Assembly (NCBI RefSeq): GCF_001194135.2
Contig: NC_069000.1
Location: 45,812,470-45,868,540, forward strand
Reading direction: 5' to 3'
DNA: 56,071 bases
From: Octopus bimaculoides
Taxonomy: Eukaryota
In this document: positions 35,831-49,768 of the stretch, one piece after another
Numbering within the stretch: the first letter of the stretch is position 1
How the letters are laid out: each line of letters starts with the position of its first letter
Translations under genes and position numbers: made by a program
Notes under the pieces: model-generated
What the model saw: only the letters and a program-made list of their open reading frames with translations
What the model was told of the DNA's origin: nothing
Databases searched by the model: none

Positions 35831-36074
35831 AGATCATGTGTCAGCAGACAGCTGGAAAAGATGTTTTCTTGAGGCTAAAAAGTAGTAACATTGTCCTGCA
35901 TACAACTACCACGTTGTATTCATGGTACTGTTACAATATATTTCTCGCTCAGAGATTTTAAAATAGTTATATACTCACATCGTTGTATATAATTTCACAG
36001 TTCTATAGTGATATAGTTATATAAGCACATATAGTTCCATAGGTATATGATTACATTTACATAGTTATATAGGA

Positions 36075-36225
36075 ATGGCTGTGTGGCAAGAAGTTTGCTT
36101 CCCAACCACATAGTCCCAGGTTCAATCCCACTCTGGTGTGGCACCTTGGGTATGTGTCTTCTACTATAACTTCAGGCTGACTGAATCCTGGTGAGTAAAT
36201 TTCCTAGTCAAAAACAAAAAAACTC
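36075..36225 (+). mobile_element. SINE family B head
   Basis: tggctgtgtggcaagaagtttgcttcccaaccac...ggttcaatccc. Confidence 0.8.
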
Positions 36226-36226
36226 A

Positions 36227-36258
<32 letters not shown>

Positions 36259-36943
36259 CAGAGGTAGAGTAATATGCTTTATTAATAAAGCTACAAAGAC
36301 ATCACAAAAACTGTTACTCAGAGTTTCACGTTCCTNNNNNNNNNNTATATATATATATATATATATATAAAAGCAAAGAGGACAATTATTAAATCTCTGT
36401 AAGAGATGAATGCTGTAACTGTCCTGGCAACTAATGTTTGTCACCACTTTTACATGGCTGTGTCATTTGAATGGACGTTGCTGCAATTTTTTAACCCTGA
36501 GAGGACATTTCTTCTAGCTGGTTGTATCTTTAACCCCAAGAAAAAAAGTCCTCTCAAGATTAAAAATTCACAGTAACATCCATTCAAACAGAACAGCCAT
36601 TTTGAAGTGGCTACAAACATTATATAGGGTGTCTCAAAAGTCGCTGAGGGGTCACAATCTTTGATATTTCTTTCAATTTTTGACCTTTTTCTTTTATTTT
36701 CAGGGATTTTATAGACTAGGTCCTGGAAATTAAATATCAAAAAACATTGTACCTCACAATGTACCCAAGTGGGGAAATGGTTCTATCAAAATCAGAGGTT
36801 TATTATTTAAATTCAGAGAGCACCAAAGAGAACTGCATGCTATAAAGTGTACAGTATGGTGTGCAACTACGGCAGATGAGATAATCTGGCCTTATTTCTT
36901 TGAGGACATCATCATCATCATCATCATCGTCAACATCATCACT

Positions 36944-36975
<32 letters not shown>

Positions 36976-37323
36976 TGTCATCGTCGTCGTCGTCATCATC
37001 ATCATCTTTTTTAGGGCGTAATCAATAAAATAAAGAACCTGTTGAGCATTAAGGGTCGACGGTACTGACTAGACACCCCTTACACACCCTCCAACAAAAT
37101 TCGAAGCACTTTTTTTGGCAAATTCCTCAAAAACTTTCTCAGGTTTCACTTAAAGAGGAAAATAAAGGTGGAGTGGGAAGTGTTGCTTCCAAACTATTTT
37201 GTTGAAACGTGGATAAGAGTGGCAAGCATGGCGCAAGTGAACGGACCTGCCCTGAGCATACACCTGTCATCATCATCATTATTATTATCATCATCATCAT
37301 TATCATTATTATTATTATTATCA

Positions 37324-37382
<59 letters not shown>

Positions 37383-37384
<2 letters not shown>

Positions 37385-37828
37385 GGTGATGAGCTGGTAG
37401 AGTTGTTAGCAAGCCGGGTGAAATGCTTAGCGATATTTTGTCTGCTGTTACATTCTGAGTTCAAATTCTGCCGAGGTCAACTTTGCCTTTCATCCTTTCG
37501 GGGTCGATAAAACTAGTACCAGTTGCGTACTGGGGTTCGATGTAATCGACTTGATACCTTCCCCCAAATTGGAGGCCTTGTGCTTCCACTAGAAAGGATT
37601 ATTATTATTATTGAAGGTGGCGAGCTGGCAGAATCGTTAGCACGCTGGACGGAATGCTTTGCAGGATTTCGCTCATTGCTCTGTTCAAAGTTCAAATTCC
37701 ACCAAGGTCAGCTTTGTCTTTCATCCTTTTTGGGGTCGATAAATTAAGTACCAGTCAAGAACTGGGGTCAATCTAATCAACTATTTCCCCACCCCCAAAT
37801 TTCAGGCCTTGTGCCTATAGTAGAAAGG

Positions 37829-37830
<2 letters not shown>
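37383..37830 (+). mobile_element. Two head-to-tail SINE family D copies (37383-37600, 37614-37830)
   Basis: Preceded, separated and followed by (ATT)n. Confidence 0.88.
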
Positions 37831-37875
<45 letters not shown>

Positions 37876-38451
37876 CATTGTTATTAACATAATTCATTTT
37901 AAACCTCAAACTTTATCACTTCTGGTATTTGATCCCCATCTTCCTGTTCCCTATATCCAATACCCTATATAGTAGATAGATTATAGAAAGTCACTTGAGC
38001 TATGTCCCCCTGTATTTAATACAGAAGAATGTGATGTATTAAAAGATTTATTTGACAGAAAAGTCACATATTTGATGACATCAATGGAATGAAGTTAATA
38101 ATGACAAATTCTTACACTTATTACAACTGATCTCCCTGCACCGTTCAGATATTCTCTCTCATTGCCTCCCTCTAACTCTAAATCCACTGGCATCTCCTTT
38201 TGTCAACTAAAGTCTCTTTTATCCCCTTAGCTGAGTATTATTAAGGATTCGAGTTTTAGCAATACTCTAATCGGTGTCAAAGCGGTTAAGCTATTTAGCA
38301 AACTAAAAAAAAAACCCGCAAAAATATTACTACAGCAGTATTTGTGACATGTCAGTAACAATTCAAATATTTGCCCCCCCCCCGCCACCATATAAGCATT
38401 TACATATATCTGTCACTCGATCTCTCTTTCCCTCTCCCCTTCTCTCTTTTC

Positions 38452-38487
<36 letters not shown>

Positions 38488-39489
38488 ATATATATATATG
38501 CATATATATATATATATATATATACATATATATATACATATATATACATACATATATACACACACACACACATATATATAAAGCACTTGACCAATAATCA
38601 AAAAGATGTGAGTTCGAGTCTCATGGCTGGTTGCTAACAAATTTTTCCACTTTATATGGATATTTTATCTTGTCTCCACTGATCTATCAGCGTTTCTGCA
38701 TTTGAAAATAAATTATTACCTTATCTGTATGTGTGTGTGTGTGTGTGTGTGTGTATACATAGATATATATATATATATGTTTCCATCAACCAAATTCACT
38801 CCCAAGGTTTGGTTGCCCCCAAGGTTTATAGTAGAATTTACTTGCCCAAGGTGTCTTGCAGTGGGACTGAACCTGGGGCAATGTGATGTCCATACACAGT
38901 GTGGTATGTTCCTGTTAAGAGTAAACTTCATTAAGCCTAACGACTTTCCTTCTCTTTATAAATTCAATCAATAATGAAATATTTTCAGCTAATTACACTA
39001 AGTGTAGCAAGCAACTTGCACTTTGCTATATGTGTTTAATGCAGATGGCACCCTTGGGAAATTTTACAATTTCCTTATAGACACACATGCACACACACAC
39101 ACACTCACGTGCCCTCTAAGGGGACATTACTCTGCCATTCTAGTGATAGACGTCGGAAAACCTGAAACCCCAGGCTGAGAGCTCAAGTTGGTATATTTGA
39201 CTGAAACCCTTGAAGATGATGCCCCAGCATGGCCACAGTCTAAGGGAAATGGCAATAGAAAAAAAGAATTTTCATTGCCTTACTGCTCGTCACATCATCA
39301 TCATTGTTCGTATCATCATCATCACCACCACTACCTCCATCATCGTTGTTGCTGTCATTGTCATCCTCCTCTTCCCCCTCCTCCCCCTCATCATTATCAC
39401 CATGACCACAATAAGTGTATGTCGATTATCTATAGATTTGCTACACTAGTTCAACAAACACACACATGCATGTACATGCATGAAGGGCC

Positions 39490-39556
<67 letters not shown>

Positions 39557-39655
39557 TATACATGTGTGTGTGTGTATACACATATATACATATATATATA
39601 CATTTATATGTATGTGTGTATGTATGTATGTATGTATATATACATATATACCCAT

Positions 39656-39714
<59 letters not shown>

Positions 39715-40364
39715 GTAAGAGTGACAAAGAGAGAGCAAGACAGAGACAGAAACACNNNNNNNNNNGACAAAGAGAGAGCAAGACAGAGACAGAAACACAG
39801 AGAGAGAGAAACAGAAACAAAAAAAAAAAAAGGCAAGGGGTAGCATGTCTGGTTATGTCTGGATGTCTCTTGGGGCATCAAATGCCAACAGGAAGTATAT
39901 TAGATGCAACTGCAACATTGAATCTACCATAATTGCATTATTTAATGCCAATATTTTCTGTTTTCTATTCCAGTCAACAGTTTTGGCTGCGTGTCTTCGC
40001 TGCACTGTCATGCACACCTCTGTGCACTTTTCGTATCTGCAGTGTTTGGCTTGGGTTTTGGGTTTCCCATTGTATTAAAAGTACTTTTTGTAAGGACCTG
40101 TAAGAGAAGGGTTCAGTTGCTACATTGGTCCAGGAATCAGAAGAGCTAACTGCCGGATCTTTCCCTTAAAAAAAAACAACAAAAAAAAAAAAACAACAAA
40201 AATATCCCAAAAATTCTAGAGAGAGACTTTTTATACAAAGGTTTTGAATTTTGAGAAAATCCTGCCCCTGAAAAGAAAAGGTTAAAACAATGATGATAAT
40301 TATGATAACAACAGTGATGATGACAATGATGATGATGATGACGATGATAATGATGATGATGATA

Positions 40365-40403
<39 letters not shown>

Positions 40404-40792
40404 GCCTTGTAGGAACTTTCCTCATCATTAATTCATTATGGAGTTCTATTCTCCGACCTTTTAACTCAAGTTTTTTTTTTTTTTCATAATTTCTCCCGTT
40501 TCTTCATTCTTTTTCTTTTTTTGTCTGCCATTTAAGACTCACTTTCAGACTGGACATCAACCACAACAATTTCACCAGAAGAATCAGGATAAATGTTATG
40601 AGCCCTGCCCCTTCTCCTGGGACAAATACATTTTTAAAATTCTATCAAGATAGAAAGCAAGATAAAGTCTTCATTAAGAACAAACAATTGTACCTTTTGT
40701 TTTGTTGATGTCCACAAGATACCATTCTATGATTCCTGCAATGTATTCAGATCAAAGCTAAAGACATTTGGATAAACTAGTATTTATACCGA

Positions 40793-41170
40793 GCGGAGGC
40801 ACAATGGCCCAGTGGTTAGGGCAGCGAAGTCACGGTCGTAGGATCATGATTTCAATTCCCAGACCGGGCATTGTGAGTGCTTATTGAGCGAAAACCCCTA
40901 AAGATCCACGAGGCAGGGTGTGGTGGCGAACCCTGCTGTACTCTTTCGCCACAAAACTTTCTCTCACTCTTTCTTCCTGTTTCTGTTTTACCTGTAATTC
41001 AAAGGGGCCAGCCTTGTCACACTTTGAGTCGAGCAAATCGACCCCAGGACTTATTCTTTGTAAGCCTAGTACTTATTCTATCAGACTCTTTTGCTAAACT
41101 GGTAAGTTACAGGGACGTAAACACACCAACATTGGTGTCAAGTGATGGTGGGAGGGACAAACACAGACAC
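40793..41170. mobile_element. Fused SINE A 5' part (+, 40793-41023) and SINE B tail (-, 41024-41170)
   Basis: Abrupt switch of homology at gtcacactt|tgagtcgagc. Confidence 0.8.
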
Positions 41171-41269
41171 ATACATATACGGGTGTCTTACAAAATTTTA
41201 CCATCCAAGAACAGGAAAATTCTCTTTAACAAACTGAACGTTACAAATAATGGTTTCAAATTTTGGTGC

Positions 41270-41435
41270 AAGGCTAGCAATTTTGGGAGAAAGCATAATT
41301 CGATTTCATCAACCTCAGTATTCAACTGGTACTTAATTTATTGACCCTGAAAAGATAAAAGGACAAAGTTGATCTTGGCAGAATTTGAACTCAGGACATG
41401 AAGAAATGAAATGCTGTTAAGCATTTCTACCAGCA
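41270..41435 (-). mobile_element. SINE family D
   Basis: Reverse-complement match to the core. Confidence 0.7.
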
Positions 41436-42147
41436 CAGTAACAATAACGTTTCTGTCTCCTTACAACGTTACAGATACCATTTTTCATTTGCCAAATTTA
41501 ATTCCCTAAGTATTGTGATCTACCTGAGGTTATGATGGAAAATTCTTGCTCAAGGTGAGTCCACAACCAAATCCTCCAAGAAAAATTTTAGAAGATGGAA
41601 CAAAACTACTTTCTGCCACCCCCAGGGTATGTGCATGTAGGGAAGGCTGTCCCCTCCTTATTCAAGCGTACAATGAGGATTTTTTCTTTCTTTTGAAGGA
41701 GAGGCTCATTAGAAATTCATGGATCCTCTTGTTTGCTCTCAAAGACCCAGTCCAGTGTAGTGGCCAAACCCTACCTCTTATAGGACCCTGCCCACAACTA
41801 AAAAAGGGGTTGTTTGTGAAGTGAGTTACCGAATTACAGAGCCATGCCAGATCCCATAAATTAAGAGTAAGGCTGCCATTTGAACCAACATCCTCTGGAT
41901 TTATATCAGTGAGCAAACATAAAACATTAATTAAGATTAGATTAAGGCAAACATAGATTAATTATCATAATAGAGGAAGTAATTAGGAATTATTACATTA
42001 ATGTCTTCCTTCCTGGATTACTTCTTTGGTAATTTTGTTGTTTGGTAGATTAGAGAGCTGGTGAGGAGGAGGTGGTGGTGGCAATGCTGGTGATGGCAGG
42101 GGGGGAGGTGATGTGAGGAGGAAAGATAGTGAAGGATGAGAGAGAGA

Positions 42148-42219
<72 letters not shown>

Positions 42220-43651
42220 CAAGGATAGATAGAACGGGGACAAGAGGAAGAATAGAGAAATACCTATTTAGATATTATCCCCAAACTGAAATATTTTAAT
42301 CCCTAATCGCAACATGAAACAATTTAAAAAATCCTTGTTGATTTCCTGATTATTAAAGGTATTTGAAAAGAAAGGGAGATGGGAGATGGGGTGGGTGGGT
42401 TAGATGGAGGGACCACACTGTGCAGAGATATGTAGAAAAACAAAACAAAACAAAAAAAGGGGACAGAAAAGTTTATTCTAAATAGGGATAATCTCCCAAG
42501 TTTAGAATAGGATCAACACGACCCCTAGGAGGAAGGCTCTCTCATTAAGACACATACTTGTAAGATCACCTGGATTACAAGTGGATTAAACTGATTTTTT
42601 TAATAACAACTACCTCTGATTTAAAATTTAATCCATAGATAGATAGATAGATAGATAGATGCGTGTCAGATGTATGTAGCTTACACAGGTATATCTATCG
42701 TTCTGTCTTGCTTTATTTTGTAAACTAACAAGACGTCTTCTGATTGGTTGATATTGACGATCATTTCATTTTTCATTAGCGAAAAGGGGTGTTAGTATAC
42801 AATTATCGATTATTGAATTAGGGGGAAAAAATCGCAATTGAAGACAACAACCGTATCTTAAAATTGTTTGTCATAAAAATGTACGAGAATTAAATTTCAC
42901 TTTACTAACTTTTATATGTTGCACATACAAACATAATTATGCGAATACATATATGCATACATGCATATATAGATTGGTACTCATATAAATACATATATAC
43001 ACTCACTCCAGTGGACCCAAGTTTTAAGAATAATTATACTAATGAGAAATAAATATAATTATTTAATATGTTAACGAATAGTCGATTCGAAGAAATGTGA
43101 TACACACACACACACATAGATGTATGTGTGTATACAGGGATACTCCGAGTAACACACACGACTTTAGATTAATAAATTAAACACATACGCGGACACGGAC
43201 ACACACAGAAATAATCAGAAAACATTTCTCCATAAGCAGCTTATTGCTTAATCTTAATCTCACATATGTATTAAAAAAAACCCTAGTTGTCACCCCTGTT
43301 GAAAATGAACTGTTCCATTACGAGACCTCGCTAAATCCGCCCGAGACTACAAAGACTCGAAATTCTCACAATGTCGAGCACTTGACTTGAGTAACTGGCT
43401 TGTGTTTCTCTCCAAATAACTCAACACATTTATAAGGTATTTTATAGACTAACACCTACATATATAATATATATATTTGTGAAGATATTAGATCTGTATA
43501 TTTACATATATTATCAGAGAGAGAAAGTGCGTGTGTGTGTGAAATTAACGTCAGAGTTAACCTCAGAACGAATTAATTATCAGAAAAGGCGGCCAGGAAA
43601 TTAAAACAAAACTCTAATTAATAAGACCGAAGTGTTTGTAAGCTCAGCAGA

Positions 43652-43940
43652 ATGGCTGAGCTACTATCAATTCATGTCCATATTCCACCAAACCAGATGA
43701 TTCACAGTGCTGCTACTGTGCCAAGCAAATCTAAATTGCCCCAACAGAACCTGTCTTTATACGGAGAGGCCCTGCCATTGAAACCGATCTCGCAACAACA
43801 GCAATCTGATGTGGCTGCTTCGGAGAAAACCATTCGGATGAAACAGAATAAAAGCAGATTTGCTAAACTTCCACAGAGGAAAGCTGTTGATATTGAGTTT
43901 AAGGAATTAACTTATGCCATTCAGGAAGGCAGACATAAAG
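43652..43940 (+). CDS. ABCG1: ABC transporter subfamily G (ABCG1/ABCG4-like), first coding exon
   Basis: ...RFAKLPQRKAVDIEFKELTYAIQEGRHK matches the recalled ABCG1 pre-NBD motif [25 protein letters not shown]. Donor G|GTAAGA at 43941. The symbol is family-level only; ABCG4 fits equally. Confidence 0.82.
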
Positions 43941-43970
43941 GTAAGATTACCATGTACACGTGTATGTTAA

Positions 43971-44005
<35 letters not shown>

Positions 44006-44246
44006 GTATCCCCCCCTGCTGTATTCACGCGCATGTATATATATATGTGTTTATAAAATGTATCTCCTCCACCTTTTGTCATATAAATGTGTGTGTTTTG
44101 TATAATGTATTCTTTTGATATATATATTTATGTGTGTTTGTCTCTGATGTATTCCCTTCGTTGATCTCACACATACACACATTTTTATATCATATATCGT
44201 TTTTAACTTCCTCATGACCATTGTATGCATTACATTTTTGGCGGAG

Positions 44247-44397
44247 GTAAAGAACACGTACACCAAAAAACCTTAACCCTAATCCCAACCTTAACCAAAA
44301 ACCTTAACCCTAACCCTAATCCCAACCTTAACCAAAAACCATAACCCTAACCCTAACCCTAATCCTAACCCAACCACCGGGTGTGCGTATTCTTTAC
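44247..44397. repeat. Telomere-like (CCCTAA variant) tract framed by 18-bp inverted repeats
   Basis: gtaaagaacacgtacacc (44247-44264) versus ggtgtgcgtattctttac (44380-44397) match 16/18 as inverted repeats. Confidence 0.8.
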
Positions 44398-44569
44398 TTT
44401 CGAATACATTTTTAAAAAAATAATTCCATATTTCAGCCGCAATATGTTTTTATTCTATCACTTATGTGTGTGTGTTTACATATATGTACATGCATACATA
44501 CACATGTATATATGATCAATACGAGGGCCACCTAAAGGCCCAAGATATTTTACTAATTAGTATACAATC

Positions 44570-44613
<44 letters not shown>

Positions 44614-46717
44614 AATGAAAGGCACCTTAATTATGTCTCCATTCATTTTCGTATTTTCGCTACCGTTACACTTTCCTGCCGTGTGTATGTGTATATATTT
44701 AGTATCCTTCTCTTTGTTACCTACCAAATCGACTAACAGCCCAGATGTTACTACACGGACGTCTGCTGTGTGTGTGTGTGTGTTCCCTTTTCGGTGCACA
44801 GAAGGCCAACCCCAAAACGGATCCTCCACATGGTCACTTTGTTTGCTTGAAATAACAGCAAAATTCTTCCTAAAATTGCATCCAATCTTAATATTGTCGT
44901 ACCAGAAGCATTACAAAATGCGTGAAGGTCACGGTTAGACCGCTGTTGAATATAGACCTATCGCAATCAATGTCGTGGCTAAACAACACACACTCAGTGT
45001 ATTTATTCATGTTTTTGTCGGTGTATTACGTCATTCATACGGCATTTAGACATGATTAAACCTCACAACACCGCATCGTTCCTCGTGGTTGTTGATTCCA
45101 CCCTGATTCAGCGGATTTTAAGGACCAAAGGTGACCTCAGTGTTTCCTATTATTTCATCATTAGTTTCACTTTGCGTCACCAACGCCATTTAATTCGCCG
45201 TCTTACCTTCATTTTGATTATAGGAATTTGGCTGCCATTTCTAGCCGTAAAATGACCACGGAGAGTAATTCGTTCCGTCAGGTTTGTGTGTGTAGATTTT
45301 GTATATATGTATGTATGCGTGTTGTTTGTGTGTCGCGCGCTCAAACACGCATATATGTATTTATATACCGTATTTGTATATATACTTTATATACGCGCGC
45401 GTATATATATATATATGAGAGAGAGAGAGAGGCAGTTATGCAGATAGACATTATATATATATATATATATATATATCTATATATATATATATATAAGATG
45501 CCTAGTGCTGCATGGAAGAGCAACATTAATTTATTGCCAAACAAATTACCAATTTTAAAATATAAATNNNNNNNNNNNNNNNNNNNNNNNNNNNNNNNNN
45601 NNNNNNNNNNNNNNNNNNNNNNNNNNNNNNNNNNNNNNNNNNNNNNNNNNNNNNNNNNNNNNNNNNNNNNNNNNNNNNNNNNNNNNNNNNNNNNNNNNNN
45701 NNNNNNNNNNNNNNNNNNNNNNNNNNNNNNNNNNNNNNNNNNNNNNNNNNNNNNNNNNNNNNNNNNNNNNNNNNNNNNNNNNNNNNNNNNNNNNNNNNNN
45801 NNNNNNNNNNNNNNNNNNNNNNNNNNNNNNNNNNNNNNNNNNNNNNNNNNNNNNNNNNNNNNNNNNNNNNNNNNNNNNNNNNNNNNNNNNNNNNNNNNNN
45901 NNNNNNNNNNNNNNNNNNNNNNNNNNNNNNNNNNNNNNNNNNNNNNNNNNNNNNNNNNNNNNNNNNNNNNNNNNNNNNNNNNNNNNNNNNNNNNNNNNNN
46001 NNNNNNNNNNNNNNNNNNNNNNNNNNNNNNNNNNNNNNNNNNNNNNNNNNNNNNNNNNNNNNNNNNNNNNNNNNNNNNNNNNNNNNNNNNNNNNNNNNNN
46101 NNNNNNNNNNNNNNNNNNNNNNNNNNNNNNNNNNNNNGAAAGGAAGTGGAGAACAAAGATGTACGATTACGATTCTGAAAAAAAAAAGAAAATTACTTTC
46201 ATTCAAATCTTTCGATTCATTACCATTGGCCTGGGGCTTCGAGAGACCACTTCCAATTACGAGCAGAATTTCTGTTAACTTTTCTGCCATGGGCCCTCGG
46301 AATGACCACATAACCCATAATTTTGTCAAGGAATCTCCAAAAACAGCTTCTTTGCTTTTGGGATTTCATCTAAAACGGCTTTTCAGCCCGACAATGGTAG
46401 ATAAAACCAGTATGTTGATTAGAAACATGCAATATGCCTATAATGTGGCCTGCAGCGTGGTAACAAGTTAGACGGGCATTACTTAATGTCACTTAGAGGT
46501 GGGGGTTGTACAGAATGAGCAGTATATAGATTGAGGGCCAGAGGGATTTTGCTTGTATATATATATATGTGAGGGAAAGTACATGATGTACTTTTGTAAC
46601 TGATATTCTTCTACCAAAATTGTCCTCTTTCAAACACGTGACTATAGATCATCCATTAATTTACACACACACACTTGTATATTATTTATAAATGTCAGCC
46701 TCTGAGACTTACTTTTG

Positions 46718-46885
46718 TTTGTGTTTAAGCGTGGTTGTGTGGTTTGGAAGTTCGCTTTCCAAATACATAGTTTCCAGTTCAATCTCAATGCGTGACACCT
46801 TGGCTAAACGTCTTTTACTCTGGTCTTGGGCCGATAAAATCCCTAAGAGCGGATTCGATAGACGGAAACTGAAAGTGTTCCCGTG
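46718..46885 (+). mobile_element. SINE family B head, diverged
   Basis: gcgtggttgtgtggtttggaagttcgctttcc...gacggaaactgaaag. Confidence 0.7.
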
Positions 46886-47608
46886 CGCGCGTTTATGTCT
46901 GCTTATCTTGACTGCATGACAGCTGTAAACGAGTGTCACTGTCATATAAGTAGGGCCATTCATTTCCAATCTTCCATGAAATCCTGTCTGGCCATGGGGG
47001 AAATATTACCTTGCTTGAAAACAAGTAAAGGTTTGCAACAAGAAGAGCATTAGTATTTCTGTCTCAATAAATTCCGTTGAACCTTGCAAGCATGGAAAAG
47101 TGGCCAGTAAAACGTGTGTGTATGTATGTATGTATGTAGGTGTGTGTGTGTATGTATGTATGTATGTATGTATGTATGTATGTGTGTATATATATATATA
47201 TATGTGTGTGTTTGTGTGTGTGGAGAGAGAGAGCTTACATAGTGAGCTCACAAGTTAACCTCTTTATGCAGAGTGAGACCCAAGGAAAGTTCTCCCAGTT
47301 AACATTTAATTTTCTATTAAAAATGTGTATGTATCCTAATTGCCTAAAACGTAATAAATTCTGTTAAGATTGCTTCACTGAAGAGTTCTAATAAGACAGG
47401 AAGCTGTCTTGAGTTGTCTATACTGACCAAAGAACACACCCCTAACTACTTATTTCCATGTTTGGTTGTTGAAGTTGTGTCCCTTGGCTGTTTTGACTAT
47501 AATTACTCAAGTTTTTTTTGTTTTTTCATTACAAACTGTAATTCTTAAGTTTTTGCTTAATTAAAATTATATTAAACTACAACTTGTATATACATTATTA
47601 TTATTATC

Positions 47609-47830
47609 AGGCTCCAATCTGATCTGGCAAAGCTTCTACAGCTGGATGCCCTTCCTAATGCCAACCACTCAGAGAGTGTAGTGGTTGCTTTTTATGTGCC
47701 ACTAGCATGGGAGCCAGTCAAGCAGCACTGGCATCTATCACGTTTGGATGGTGCTTTTTACATGCCACCGGCACAGGCGCCAGTCGGCAGTGGGAACTGG
47801 CAATGGCCCATGCTTGAATGGTGCTTATTA
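47609..47830 (-). mobile_element. Family E RTE-type tail repeat
   Basis: Reverse complement of the aggaagggcatccagctgtaga motif plus hairpin units. Confidence 0.8.
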
Positions 47831-49376
47831 CCTGCCACCAGCATGGGTACCATATTATTAAGATTGGCTGAAATGAAAATTGCTTTAAACTGTTTGTTCC
47901 AGTGGTTCCCATCGTGAGTTCAAATCTCACCAGGGTAAATTTTATTTTTCATTATTTGTGAGGTCAGTAAAATCCCAATCAAATACTCAAGATTGATGAT
48001 ATCAACTAACTCCCTTTCCTTTCAGAATTTGCTAGCCTTCTTACTTAAATTAGATACAATTATTGTTATTAATTACTGAAAATTAGTTGATTGGACAGGC
48101 TTGTCAACATTTTTGGCACTAACCTCTGTTAGTCTCCATTACTATGTGAAAAGTGTCATCTGTCGCATTCTTAGCTCTCACCTCTCTCGTTCTCCTCCCC
48201 CACCACCAACACTGCCATTTAATTGTGGTATATAATTCTGTGAGGCTGTGGGAAGCTGGAATCACTGACTGCTGTGGACAGGGTTTTGATTAGCAGGTAA
48301 TTAATCAAAACAGTTGTAATTAATTTGTAAGTTAATTGTCAGTGCTTTACAGTTTATTGTAATCTCCCCATCGTCAGGACCACTGTCACTCATTGCTGCT
48401 CTTCTCACACACTCACTCACCTCATTACAAACCTCACTTGCATCCACTCCCCCTTTTACTCACACTTACATTCTGCTTTACACTCCTACTCGCACATTTA
48501 CCTCTTCCTTTCAGGCCACACTCACATTTACCTCTGCCCTTAAGTCCCCTTTCTCATGCTCACTTTTACTGTCCAAGCCACACTTTCTCCTCTCTCCATT
48601 TCCTCAGCTGTAAAGACAGACATTCACCTCTTCTCTTCGGGTCACATTCTCACTCCTGCCTCTATTCTCCACCCCCACCCCCACTCTCAAACCTCCCCTA
48701 CTCTCCGGATCACACTGTCACACCCACCTCTGCTGCCCAAGCGACACTCAGTATTCCACTTCCACTCTGAAAGGCCACCTCTTCCTACCACTCAACCGTC
48801 ACTCCCAGATTTCAACCACAATCACCACTAATTACTCTCACTCTATTCTCTATTCTATAACAATCCCTCAACTCTTCCAACAATTAACAAACCTTCAGTT
48901 AATCTCTCGTCTCGTTAAATTAAAATCGTTTTCAAGTGATCCTCCTCACACATTTTCATGTACTGAATTCCTCCTCTTTACTTTTCTACCCATTCCTCTT
49001 CCCCTTACCAATATCTCTAGCGCAGAGGTTGAATCCTCTCACATCCTGAACTCTGTCACCTTCCTGTTTCTCCTACTGACTCAGTGAGATCTCAAATTCC
49101 TACCATTTTTCTCACTGCCAAACCCAGTGAACGTATCCCTGCCATATTACTGGTATAGCCCTTGTTCTGCTTCATGACAACCCCTGATCTTCATACTCTC
49201 ATTGCTTCAAGTCTGCTACATAGTTGCTGACTTGAATAACCATCCATATTTTTATATCCTCTTTTCCTTGCTTGCATGCATCAGACAAAGTTTGTTGAGA
49301 TTTTTTCTATTACTGGATACCTTTCCTGTTGCCAGATCTCCACTGTTTCCATTTGAAATTGATATTTCCTATTGGC

Positions 49377-49515
49377 AAAGTGGCGAGCTGGCAGAAACGT
49401 TAGCACACCGGGCGAAATGCTTAGCAGTGTTTCATCTATCTTTACATTCTGAGTTCAAATTCCGTCAAGGTCAACTTTGCCTTTCATCCTTTCGAGGTCG
49501 ATAAATTAAGCACCA
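49377..49515 (+). mobile_element. SINE family D, 3'-truncated next to the family F element
   Basis: Good match to the D consensus up to ttaagcacca. Confidence 0.85.
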
Positions 49516-49516
49516 C

Positions 49517-49768
49517 ATTATTTACATTTGACAGATATTTGTCCTCATCTTGTTTGTTGTTAACACAACGTTTCAGCTGATATACCCTCCAGCCTTCATC
49601 AGGTGTCTTGGGGAAATTTCAAACCTGGGTTCTCAATCCTAAGGTATTTTTTTTCGATGTTATTATTATTATTGTTATTATTATTATTATTCAGGTCACT
49701 GTTTGGAATTGAACTTGAAATCTTGGGGTTAGTAGCCCGCGCTCTTAACCACTATGCCATATGTCCGT
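49517..49768 (-). mobile_element. tRNA-headed SINE (family F) with a hammerhead-containing 3' half
   Basis: Minus strand: A-box TGGCATAGTGG (49759-49749), B-box GTTCAATTCC (49714-49705), (TAA)n spacer, then the hammerhead. Confidence 0.75.
49562..49607 (-). ncRNA. Minimal type I hammerhead ribozyme motif
   Basis: Minus strand: GACAC CUGAUGA A GGCUG gaggguauau CAGCU GAAAC GUU GUGUU. The core is intact, stems I and II pair, and stem III is the palindrome AACGUU. Confidence 0.72.

Noticed and set aside
48360-49200. C/T-rich stretch with short S/P/H/T-rich ORFs and a faint LKFxP Penelope-like motif
   Set aside because: Low complexity; the similarity is too weak to call.
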